From the NCBI GenBank assembly GCA_977030845.1, contig OZ365116.1, forward strand, positions 16,678,001 through 16,742,000: 64,000 bases of DNA, given 5' to 3'. Shown piece after piece: positions 1 to 11,897 of the stretch. Position 1 is the stretch's first letter; the number at the start of each line of letters is the position of its first letter. The DNA comes from Fimbriosthenelais zetlandica (lineage: Eukaryota). The notes under the pieces were generated by a model. The model saw nothing but the letters and a program-made list of their open reading frames with translations, did not search any database and was not told where the DNA came from. The position numbers and the translations under genes were made by a program.

Positions 1-903
1 CCTACAGTTTTTCGTCAGATGGCAAAACCTTTTTTTCAAATGTAATTTTTTAGTGAGTGCCTTAACATTTGCAATAGATTAAAAACATTAAAGGTTTTTT
101 ATGGAGTCACTCTGCAGCCTCTCTCATGTATTATATGCTAAGATGCTTCCTTTTCACAGAGATACATTTAAAGATAGCTTTTTTCTCCATGACTATATGT
201 TACTTCAGAGATGTAACAACCAAATGAATCAGACGTACTTTGAAGATAGTATTGTAAGTCTATGGAGACATACTGCCTCAATTACACAGTGCCTCTAAGC
301 CAGCCGCCAGGCACCTACATTTGAAGCATCTGAACCAATTTAAATTTAAGTGTCCTAGCAGTTTCTTCACCATAATGATTTCCTTTCATGCTCTCTCTCC
401 CTCCCCCTTCCTCTCCTCTCCATTCTCTGTCCCACCTTTGGAAAAAGCATCTTCACTATAACAGGCACACATGTGCGATGGGTGCATATTAAGATGTGTA
501 ACACATATAACTGACCAAAACATAAAACTTAAAAATCCATTGATGTCTGCTGCAAATATTTAAAGCTTCATACTTGACATCAATCAAGAAGTGTAATTTA
601 TGTAGGGCCATTAATGTAACTCCATTAAAAGAAGTACATTGTATAGATCTCCAGAGAATATATATATCTAGATTGGGACTTATCTATAATTTAATCTATA
701 AGATCTTAGGTCCTAAATGGATAATGACTTAAGGTGTAGGTAGCTCGTTTCATTCTGTATAAAAATGAGATTATTTTTCTCAGGTTACTTCCGGCCCTTT
801 ATGAGATAACCGTGGTATTTCTGTTTGCTAATGTTACCTCAATCCTAGACAAGCTCTAAAAGAAACATTAACAATTTTCTTATCTAACATTTGCTGTCTT
901 CAG

Positions 904-909
904 GGCCAG
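904..909 (+). CDS. Candidate 6-nt microexon (GGCCAG) of the CUB-domain gene
   Basis: Context is tatCTAACattTGCtgtcttcAG|GGCCAG|GTAAGA: branch-point-like CTAAC (884-888), TGC plus pyrimidines, AG at 902-903 and a strong donor at 910. The length is a multiple of 3. In the phase-2 intron before exon 1294 it would read NNG-GCC-AGA, adding two residues before the Cys. Confidence 0.5.
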
Positions 910-1293
910 GTAAGAAACAATATAGATTTGAGTACCATCAAAATTTCAATACCCACATATATCACACAACTTACACTTAACTCACTCAAGCTATCTGTCT
1001 CATCACTTGCACACATGGCATATAATTTCTTTCACCCCAGCCTCTGGGAAATGTTCGAAGATAATTGATCGTCCTTTCCCAGCGATTAAAATCTTTCAAT
1101 TCTCTTTAAGAGCAACACTAACCATCGAGCACTTGTTTTTCCTCCCATCCTATAATTGATGATGGATTACTCATGGATAGGTGATATTTGATATCTGTCA
1201 TTTTGCCCAAATAAAATATCTCAACGAGTATTTCTTGTTCCTCAGAGAAACCAAATGATGATTTATTGACTGACTTTAACTTTTAAATTTCAG

Positions 1294-1502
1294 ATGTACA
1301 GACTTCCTCAAATTCTTCCTGGATCAGGAGCGGCCGGAGGTGAACGAGCGTCATCGCTGGAACTACGAGCTGTGTGGCAATATCTCCATGATTCAAAAGA
1401 AACATTACTCCTCAGGCAGAAGTATGATACTCGAACTGCACACAGATCCCATACAGGGAAACCACACTGGCTTCAGGGGCATCTTCAAATTTCTCGATAA
1501 AA
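1294..1502 (+). CDS. Internal exon, C-terminal half of a CUB domain (multi-CUB, SOL-1-like / tolloid-like protein)
   Basis: Acceptor ttttaaatttcAG at 1292-1293 and donor GTAAGT at 1503. Translation: CTDFLKFFLDQERPEVNERHRWNYELCGNISMIQKKHYSSGRSMILELHTDPIQGNHTGFRGIFKFLDK, with the CUB motifs C-x-D-F-L, L-C-G, S-S-G-x-x-M-x-L-x-x-x-T-D and G-F-x-G-x-F. Starts phase 2, ends phase 1. Confidence 0.9.
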
Positions 1503-1631
1503 GTAAGTCACATATATTCTCTTCTATTTTATTATTATATTATTTTTGAGCTTGCAAACCCGCAGCTCCCCAAATAAAGGCAGTTTTTAATTGATCATGC
1601 CGATTGGACCTTTTTCTTGCTATTCCCCTGA

Positions 1632-1734
1632 TTTATTTGTCTATTTAGACCTTGGTTTATTTGTCTATTTAGACCTTGGTTTATTTGTCTATTTAGACTG
1701 TTTTATTTGTCTATTTAGACTTTGATTTATTTGT
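1632..1734. repeat. Minisatellite, about 4.5 copies of a 24-bp unit TTTATTTGTCTATTTAGACCTTGG
   Basis: Units read directly at 1632, 1656, 1680, 1702 and 1726 (partial); the first two are identical. Confidence 0.9.
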
Positions 1735-3920
1735 ATTTATCTAGGGTGATTATATACTTTATACATTTAAACTGAAATTTCTTGTCAATGTAAAAGTTAC
1801 CACAGGACAGCATTTTTAATTTGTCTTCTGGAATAATTTATTAGTATTCTATCGATAAATCACGATGAACTACGCTTCTTCCATGTGAGTTTTCCCGGCA
1901 ATGGGATGAGTGATACACATATATACATATCAATATGGTGAGCAGGGTAAATAATCACTATTGATTGTTGTAATCAGCAAGGCGGTAGCCGCCATGTTGA
2001 AGATAGATGTATCCATTACCTTATACCGCCTTGATAAGCCCGCCATCACCCAACACTAAAATAACCACCACATCAAATAATACCACATCCATCCTTCTAC
2101 GTTTCATTAAGATGCTAATTAAAATGCTCATCATGTATTCATTAAGTGAGGACATATTGGAATGTCTCTAAGATATGATTAACAATAAGGAGTGGCGAGA
2201 TGTGGCTCTAACTCTATATCCAAGATGATATAAATGGTATATATCTATACTTGTATTCTTTTTAGTCTACCCGTGCTGATATAATGATCCGGAATATAAT
2301 ATGTAATGTTTAGATGATTTTCTATGTTATAGACCTTCATCATTACATCATTATTATCGCCACCGTTGCCGACTCTCGTAAATCAAAAGGATTATTTGTT
2401 TAATCCTCGATATTTCCCTCTCAGGTCTCTGCCCTACAGCCCTGTTCCGTGCAGCTAGGAACACACAGTAAGCATTAGGTCAAAAAAATACATGGCGTGT
2501 TTTCACATTCCCAAATTTCTCAGACAAAGCAGCCTTTCTGAATAATCCCCCTCCCCAACCCTTCCCTTCTACTACAGGAAATATTTACTGTAATTTTGAG
2601 TGATATTTATCCCTTAATGTGGCTTAATCCAATGCAAAAATAACACAAAATTGCAGTTATATGGAAACACTGAAATTGTTTTTTCGGTCATTTGCTGGCC
2701 TGTGCCCTGTCCCTCACTACTAACATGCTAAATCACCATCAGCTATTGTTCCTCAGCACATGATGCTTTGTGGGTTGGCACCCAGTGGTAGACAAAGAAG
2801 CATGCCCTGCCTCCAGGCCTCACGCCACTGCTGGCCGCTCGGTGACCGAGCACCAAGGTTTTCCCTCCTCACCAATCTGTCATATGACACTCGAGTATTG
2901 CCTACCCCGGGGTTGTCATTTCTGTAATTTCAACATAATGGGAGGCTATCCCCTATCAATTCTTCCCATAACACGAATGGGGCTTTGGTCATGATGCCTT
3001 ATTCTAAAAGAATGACATATATAAGTGAGAGGGAAGGGGCGAGATAGCTTGGGAGGTTGAGGAAGAAGGAAGAGATTTCTATCATGAATAAGTGTACAAT
3101 AAATTGGATAGTAGGCATGGAGAGTGAGGTGATTGCTATGGAGAAGGAAGAAGAAGGGAATGGGGAGGGAAAGATATGGGAAGGAGAGAAGGATCTGAGA
3201 AGGGTTAGACATGAGGAGCAGGGTGAGAAGAAGGGAGAGATTGAGCTGTAAGACTGTAAGTAGATGGGATGTTCTAGCTTGTCACATCATATCCTTTCAC
3301 AAATGACACCGTCCGAAAACAGCCCCACCTCTTATTGACATTCCCATCATGAATTGCTCCCTCCTCCGTCCCCCACCACAGGCCAATTGAAAGCATCAAT
3401 TCCTGCCAATGCCTTCCCACCCCGAGCCTTCACGGCCTAAAAATATCACTACATCCGGCCCTGATATTCACCAAGTCTACCTGCCTGTCATTAATATAGA
3501 TTTATTGGGTCATCCTGAAGGAAATGTCTAACTGACCGACTCATTTCTATGGGGTCTTTGCACCTTGGCACGCAAGGCGCTCCTACCCTCTTTTCTCCCT
3601 TTCCCAGCTTGCCTTTCTTAAGCTATCGACCCACTGGGGCCCAAAGCATAAGACAGCCCTTAAGACATCGCCAAAAGCTGGTCTTAAGACGTCTTAAGGG
3701 GGTCTAATGGATAGATCCACTGAAGACGAAGGATTATCACGATAATTCCACTTAAAACCAAAGATAAGCCAAAAATATTTCGGCTTAGCTGAGGCTGTGA
3801 TAGGACCTTAGTGGATGCATATAACCTTTGGTGTTAGAGTTGTCATGAATGGGAGCGATCATGCCACTCCCAGTGGCGCCTGCTTTACCACCACCTCCAA
3901 ATCACCTCAGGGTCTGCTTC

Positions 3921-3988
3921 TGACCTCTCTCGAGGCTTCAAGGTCAGCTGGAGGTCATTGAGAGGTCAGGGAGGACTGATGGAGGTCA
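3921..3988. promoter_or_regulatory. Cluster of five perfect AGGTCA/TGACCT hexamers (nuclear-receptor half-site type), including two consecutive DR5 spacings
   Basis: TGACCT at 3921-3926; AGGTCA at 3941, 3952, 3963 and 3983. The motifs are seen directly; any function is unproven. Confidence 0.3.
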
Positions 3989-5030
3989 AATTCTGGTGGT
4001 GAGTCTTGTTTTTAAGTCGCAGATAACTAGATGTTGGCTCGAGGGAGCCTTGATACTTAACTCGTGCTGGTCTTCTCCGACCATCCGCAAATCCCCAGCC
4101 TCCTTCCTTGCAATGTAAGCAATTTCTTGTAGCTATAGTTTGGTCAAGGAAAAAGCTGACTTCTCCAGTGATATACTGACTTCAATCATTTGCCAAATGG
4201 AGCGTTCGCTTCATTTTCCCAGTATATTCTATAGATAATATCAGGTTGTCTTTTGCATTCTGAATAAAAGAAAAGGTTTATCATTGGTTATCAAGTTTGT
4301 ATTGGTAGCATTTCAGACTCTAATATGAGTGAGGGATCTATAAAATGGTTCTGTGAATTAGAATTCCCTCTAAGCCTTGCATTACCTAAGATTGGGTTAG
4401 AACATAAACATCCAGCTGAAGGGCATGTCGGTGGGAATCATAGGACCTGTCTTGCTAACTTCCGTACTTAAATTAATTTGTCAAGGAAGGGACTGTCATG
4501 AACTTCAACTAAAACTAAAAAGTATGCACTTAACATAGTTGAACACTTTTAATTGAGAGCCCCGGGCCACAACAATCCAAAGCACTCGTCAACCTTATAT
4601 CATTTTTTCTGTCTGCCATGGCCGCCATCTCGGAAACTTATATTTTTCAGTGACATGAACATAAAACTTTGAGCATTCCGCGATGAACTGAGATAAATAA
4701 TGAGCTAAATAATGAACCAAAACTTAGAATAGAAAAGAAAAGAATAAAAGAACCCATAACACCAACATATCCCGTAATAGAGGATAATGGAATTATCCTG
4801 CGGGTATGTAAAGCCTGCGTCCCCCGAGGGAGAAGCAGTGGCCATGTAGGCAAACATATCCATCATTCGTTTATCTCTTATTTCTTGAGACGGAGATAAG
4901 ACTTCCTGCAACATCCGCACCATCTTCTTGGCATAAGGGGAAGAGTAGGAGGTCGACGGGATGCTGTGGCTTAGTCTAATGGATTTAGACACCATTTTCC
5001 AATAGGAATCTTACCTTTCCATTGTCTATT

Positions 5031-5066
5031 CTGGGAATCTTCCAGAATAATTCTGAAGATTCCCAG
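5031..5066. other. Near-perfect 17-bp-arm inverted repeat (one bulge)
   Basis: CTGGGAATCTTCCAGAAT versus the reverse complement of ATTCTGAAGATTCCCAG. Confidence 0.8.
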
Positions 5067-8000
5067 GTTGGGACTGCGCAAATGGCATTATAGTGCTGTA
5101 ATGTCCATAGAATATGCGACTATGCCACAATATGTGAGAGGTAATGCTGATGAAATCATTGTATTATTCCTCCAGGAACTTATACCTCTAAATGACATTG
5201 TGTAGACTATTCCTGCACAGAAGGTCATAGATCTATACATCCACGTCTCTCATAACTAGGATTTATATAGCTCTAAGTTCTGAGAAAAACATATCAGTTT
5301 TAATTGTATGGGAGCTTGAATGCAGTAACTGATTCAGATATCCAGGCTGCTGGAAATGAATAGTGGGCATCTACTATGGACCCGGGAGGTTTGATGTTTG
5401 CAGCTGCAGAACAAGCCTGTCTGACAGGACGGTAGAGATGGGGAGTAGACGATGCCACTTGAATCCCAACCAAGAGTTGGTGAATAGAGCTTCAATATTG
5501 CTTCACATGAGCCGAGAAGCAATGGCAGCATCTCAGGCCAGGGAACGGTGGAAGAAAACGGGGTCTCAGTTTCTGAATTGCTTTCAGGAATGTTAGATAA
5601 AAGTGATCCAGTATCGTAAGGACCAGGGCAGCCATTAATGCACCCCTGTATATATACAGATATTTATTGGTCTTATGCTGGTATTTTTCTGTATTCGCTA
5701 GGTCCGCCATTAGGGCACACTTAGTGTCTTTGGGGACCTGTCTTACAGGAAGATAGGATGCAGAGGAGAAGGGAGAAAGAGAAGTAGGAGATAACCGTTT
5801 AAATCCCATTGCCGGGTTGTCTGGCTCCCTCCTGGAAGCAAGCAAATATGCGTGAAATGGAGCACATGATAAATCGCATTACGTCTGCCATGCTAGATAC
5901 GGGTCGCTCCAAAAACGGGTTCTCTTGCTTTCACTGGGTGGCATGGAGCATGCCATAAAGGCAGAGCGCATGTCCCAATACAGCCAGACAGATGTCTTCT
6001 ACGATTACACCAGTGGCAAAAATACATCCTCCTTCTGCTAAAGAAAACTCAGCGAGTATCCATCAATCGCTTTTTGCCTCGGTCTGAATTCTGCCTGTCA
6101 GAGAAGGCAAATTAATTCATTCTTGGGACTGGAAAGCGGAGGGGAGGGGTGAATTTTACTGGGGACTGTGCAGTCTGCTTTCTCTTTCTCTCTACACTTG
6201 ATGTATTGCTTTCACATTCAGTCAGTGAAGTGCATTGAATTGTGGCTGATCGCGTTGTGAATGGTTGGGAATGAGATCTAGCGGCACAGCCAGGTGATAG
6301 AGGGGCAGTGTCTAATGGCAAGGACTTGGTAAATGGTGAATAGTATGGGAAGAATACAGAACAAAACATAGCAGTGTATTAATGAGGGAAACTGATGTAG
6401 AGAATAGTCAGAAAGGCATTTCCAACTTGTACTTCAGGCAAATGTGTACTGTTCAAAGTAGTTTTCCTGGGCACCGGGAGCCCATTTCAAAACAAAAATT
6501 AGCCATAGACTTAGAAATAGGGCCCAGGACTTGCAACTACACAGTTTTACAATTTGCTTTTCTTCTCTTGGTTATTTTATTTTTCCATGAACAAAACAAT
6601 CTCTTGTGATAAACCAGCTGCGGCTCTGATGGTCATGTTCCCTTTCTCGGCATCGCTTTGATCTAGTAATCTTTTTATTGACAAAATGAACGTTAGAATG
6701 TAAATTATTTTACAAAAGCCTTCTCAGTGAATTTCTGCTCACACTGATCAAACGAATCTGTCTGAGGTTTGGACAACCAAATACACCTCCTGTTACTGCC
6801 TACAAGGTTCAATTTAGTATTCCAGAATACTTCGTATACACATTTCTCTAATTTTAAATTAATATTTGTCATGAGATTGTGTAGAATGTTTTAAGCTGAG
6901 GCAAACCTAGACATTGTGGTGATCTGAATGTTTTTGTGTGGCAATACTGTAGTCTAGGTTCATCAAAGTAACCATGGTTTATAACACTGATAACAAATAT
7001 CTGTTTGAAGTGCGACAGTAGTCTAGACAGGAACTGAGCCAGCGAACACACACAACACATGTTTCTGACGGTTTTGTCCAATAAAGCTGTAGAAGAAAAG
7101 GGAAGAAGAAAGCAGGGAATATATATGTGGGAGGCACTGTGTTCGTCAATATTTGTTCACCATTGCTTGGTCTTATCTCTTCTCCCACGATAAACATTGG
7201 TCCAAAGCCAGGATTATGTGACCCGTTTGTCATTTACCTCAGTCGATTTCTAACATAGAACTCAGCCTGTCATATTATATATATATTTTCTTCTCAGGGT
7301 TGGCCTTAAAATTAAAAGATGACAAAAAATGTTTTGTCCAAGCCTTGTTCTACAAATTCCCCATCCACTGACCTCCTGTGAAGCGGGTCTTGTCACAAGG
7401 ATTAGTGTCACATATTATCAGTTTCATCCCAGATATACAGGGGGCCAGATTTCCATTCCCAGTCCTCTTGCCCATCCTATATTTATGCCTGGGGAGTAGT
7501 TGTGTTCCCCATTTGGACCCTGTGCCCCGTCCACCCTGCCTTTTCTCATGCAGGGTCTGTCCCTTCACAACCGCCGCAACCATTTAGACGATTGCTTGAA
7601 GTATGTCCTTGGAGTTTTGGGATTGATGTGAGAATATAATGGGGGAGGGATGGGAGTTGTGCACTCCGAAAACCAAGTGCCGCACCAAATTGGCCCACAG
7701 CCCTCAAAGAAGCCAAATAAACCCTGTTGGTATAGGACTGTCATTTTACTGACAAAAATCGGTACATTTAAATCGCACATTAAGCGTAATGACAGGGAAG
7801 GGTTGAAACTGACAAATTTTGAATCAGAAAGCTGGTTTTGTAGGAGAGGAGCCGTGATTTAGTTGGTTATTTGATGACATGAGATGGGCAGCCTGATGGA
7901 GGCACGGTTTGGTGTGTGTCGTTCTGATAGGACCTGTCATGAGGGAGCTGCACCAGCCAGTCCTGGCAGTGCCTGTCATTCCCCAAGGCTCTCATAGACC

Positions 8001-10752
8001 TGAAGCCTAATCCTTGTCTCACTACCTTCAAGTTAGAAACAGTACATGAGGTGAAAAGCATTGTGCTGCGTCGAGCAGCCCCTCAAAGACCTGCAAGAAG
8101 AAAGGCTACAATGGCCGCCGTAGTGTCAAACCATGGAGGAAATGGGTTATTTCTTGCCGAATGTCACTTACAATACCCACTTAAAGGCTCCACTGCCTCC
8201 CTTGTTCCTATGCTTTTGTCCCTTTGTGACATTACTGAGCTGCACGATCGCTTTTACCTCTCATTTTCCCCGAATGGCACAATGGGATCAATTATTACAA
8301 ATATGATTTGCCAGTTGGCCATATGAACATTCATTCATGGACTTTATGGACACGAAATCTTTGCGTCCATAATCTTTCTGTATAATTATTTTATGGATAA
8401 ATCTTTGGAGCCGTGAATTTAGGTAAATTATTCCTCCTTTAGTGAGTATGTAATAGTTTAAAACTGATTATAAAGAACTAGTCTCAGCCAAAGAAAAACC
8501 TTCAATCTGATTGCACGTCATGAGATCTATTAACATCAACGTTCATATCTGATTTCTGTAGTTTAATGACAAGTCTGTTTTTATTGCTTCCGGGTAGGAA
8601 ATAAAGGTTCTTATGAGATATGATCAGATAAGACTAGCTGTGGTATAATCCAGGCCGCGTTTAATGTGGGAGACAGGTCAGTTTACTGTTCTCATCTATA
8701 TTTATCTTCATCTCACATTAATCCTAACCACATCTCTGAGCTTTAACTGGTAAACTGTAGGTAACTTGTATCCTTACTGCTGATGACACCACAGCCCCGA
8801 GCAAAATTGTATTTGTCAAAATAGGTGTTGCACACAACCTCCATTAGGCGATGTCTTTGCCCTTGGGTCTCTATAAATTCTTAACGCAGAGACACATAAA
8901 TAACTAAAAAGGAAAAACAAGGGCTGAAGCAGTTGGCAATTTCTGTATAATAATCTTTTCTTAGTGGAAAACTTAGGGAGCCTGCATTGGTAGACCTAGT
9001 ACTTACCTATGCACCACAGGGCCCACTTCCACACACCGATGTGCATTTACGTGCCTGTGCAACACAATCTATTGCCCTGACCTGCTTGTTAAAAGCATGG
9101 GGCTTGCTCTACGCCTGCCACAAATACCCCACCCGCATGAAATTCCAGACTCCTTGATGAAGACCATCGGGGGAAAAGCTGGCACGCTAAGCATGTCCAC
9201 AGGTACAATTGACATTGACAAAGGAGGCCAATGCATTCATAAAATCCAAGTCCCTTCACAGTGTGTTGAATACATAATGCATTTTCTTTGGCTGAACTTA
9301 TAAATGTAGAGTATAAGTAAGTTCTGTTTAAAATTCTTCCTAAGACAATTCAAATGAAAGTTCTGCTGACTGTGTTAGCACTGGACAATATCTGACTAAT
9401 AGATTATACAATTTTAATCATACATTCCATATTCCCTATCATACTCAGCGCTAGGTTTCTACTAAACATCAATTGATACTTTCACAATTAAAAGCAAGGA
9501 ATGGCGTTTTCATATGTTTGATCTTAACAACAAGGAAGGACATGTTTTTTCAGAGGGACGTGTCTCACAAGCGTGATATAAAATGTACATGTAATGTCTG
9601 GCCTTTCTTTGAGCATTTCCAGCATCTTTCAACATACATAAGAGAATGACTAAGATACATTTCAATTCTATGTTCTTAGAAATCAGAGACAAAATGAATA
9701 TTAGCAATGCTAAATCTATGGCTAATATTCTTCTTGAAACAGGCTCCAGAAGGTTCCATAGCCATTGTTACAGTTTACTCGCATTAAATGGAGCAATATA
9801 ATGCATGGCTGTTTTTCAATTTAAGAACAAAGGGTCAGGGTTGTGCAGATGTTTCCACCTCCTGACATTTTGTAGCCAATAAAACCAATACCATTAGTGG
9901 GCGACCCTTTGTTATCTAGCCAATCTCCTACAAAGTAACCAATGAATGCTGCTCCACGGTTATCGCCACAAGGGGATGTGTAGGGTCAGGCACTATGGGT
10001 GCGGATCATCTGCATTTAATGCAGGAAACATGGCTTTCTCTGGAAAGGCACTTCCGCGCCTCCCCGTATCAACTTGATTCCTGCTTAATTATATGAGTCC
10101 TTAAAATGTTCTCATTCAATAGAGGCAGCGCAATATTATGTGAAATATTGCACATGTATGCTACTAAAGGTTTTGACCAAGATGGTAGTTTTGACAGTAG
10201 TGAATATTTTAGATGGGCATTTGACTATTCCGGGCTCTGCAAATTGGGCACCAACTGAGCAGCGAGGGTAAGGGGCTGGACAAGACAAGTATGACCTCAC
10301 CTGTCTTAAGGTCATATACAATATCATATATTGTATTTAGAAAAGGGTCTTTTATTTATTATATTAAATTATATATGTCCTTATGTCCTACCTAGGGGAT
10401 GGAATGAAGGCATGGCTACCGTCCTGTGGGTAACACCACTGTCAGGTGTTCCCTCCTGCTAGGAGACCTCCCCCCCTCCAGCAGATTCCTCCTCACGCTG
10501 ACCTTTGACCCCGGGTAGATTCATCATCCGGGCCTTGTTCCAGTGGCCGCTGCTGTAATCTCCAATATCTCTGTTTTTGTTGAAGGCGATGCCAAACACA
10601 TCCCTGAAAGCCTGGCGAATCTGGGCGAGGGAAGTGAACCAGGGTCTTTGTTGTTTTAATGAATACAAAAGCTTTGCCTAATCTGTCATCAACGTAATCT
10701 AGCCCTGACTTGTATCTATATTTTCCCAGGACAGATTCACTGCCGCTACACA

Positions 10753-10780
10753 CATCTGGGTAATTTGAATTACCCAGATG
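10753..10780. other. Perfect 13-bp-arm palindrome with a 2-nt loop
   Basis: CATCTGGGTAATT-TG-AATTACCCAGATG. Confidence 0.9.
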
Positions 10781-11720
10781 CAATATAAATGCCTCTCCCC
10801 TTATTAGGAAAAACATCATCCAATTTACTGTAATGCACTCAGTTGAAGAATTGTGCCAAATCTGATTAAATGTTGCTAAATAGTGGCGTAATCTCTCTTT
10901 TTGGCCTATAATCCGCTAGTATTTTGGTAATTGGAGTTACCCTGATAAGATTCGTCTTGGTGAGCTTGGAGACGGCAGACTGGAGCAGTTGGGTGATGAA
11001 TTGATGCTTAATAGAAGACCATCTTGATTTTCCCAAGGGAAAAAAATATCACCCTCTTGATAAATCACCAAATTTGGATGAGGAAAATCCATCAAAATCA
11101 GGATTTTTCTTTATCTTTTAATGTTGGGGGGATCGAAAGAGATTTGCCGTCCATGTATTTTCCCTTACAACTTCTTGGCAAATCGGTTTCTCGGGATGTC
11201 CTAATGGTAGCCGTATTCTGAGTGGATCTATGCTTCCCGCCTCAGGTACAATATGTGACTCCAGTCACTTTATATGTGTCTCTAATGAACATATCAATAC
11301 AGTGTCAAAGGATAATAAATCCACCTCCAATCTTACCCGCCTCCTCTCCACCCGTTTAGATCAAAGGATCGCCCTCTACATCTTGCTCTCTGCTTTAAAC
11401 CCGGCATTGATTACTGTGTGTTGGACCTCTTGCTGTTCAGTATAATTTGCCTATTCCTAGGCCCTCGGGCGCCTCTAGATGCGTTGGATACCAATAAAGT
11501 GGGACGCCTGTGGTGCCACCACGCCGTCAAGACTATATCTAGCCATGGAGAAGCAGCCGGGGATGGTGGAAAAGCCCAATCATTCCAAGGCGTATCTCTA
11601 CCAGGAATTTGTCCTTTCCACTGAGGTTGGCCAGCCAAACAACTCTAGTTATCACTTGAACTGTAAGAGGAAAAAACCACTAATGCTTCTTCTTCCTCCA
11701 ATATATTTCTTCTACTAAAT

Positions 11721-11897
11721 GCCTGGCCCCAACTAAGCACATTTCCTCCTGGAATTTCCAGCAGATTTTGCCCTTCTAATAAAACCTAATGATTTGAATC
11801 TTGTTAGGGGATGGCTTAACGATTAAATAAATCATGGTTTAGAAAGGTGGGAAATTTGATTGTCATCTGATGGAAATCTGCTTAGTGGAGGTAGAGC
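11721..11897. mobile_element. MITE-like family B, copy 1 (TIR approx. GCTCGCCTCCACTAAGCAGATTTCCATCAGATG)
   Basis: Left arm ccaactaagcacatttcc (11729) and right arm catctgatggaaatctgcttagtggagg. The 30 bp at 11857-11886 are identical to 59661-59690, and internal sequence (ttttgcccttctaataaaacctaat) is similar to 58369-58392. Confidence 0.7.

Noticed and set aside
784-811. Acceptor atttttctcAG near the microexon
   Set aside because: Only a weak GTGGTA donor follows, and the 28-nt length would break the frame.
5014-5094. Possible minus-strand 81-nt exon with a GTAAG donor
   Set aside because: Weak acceptor, no partner exons and no recognisable peptide.
11581-11595. 15-bp exact match CATTCCAAGGCGTAT with 40291-40305
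   Set aside because: A few 15-mer matches are expected by chance in 64 kb, and the flanks do not align.
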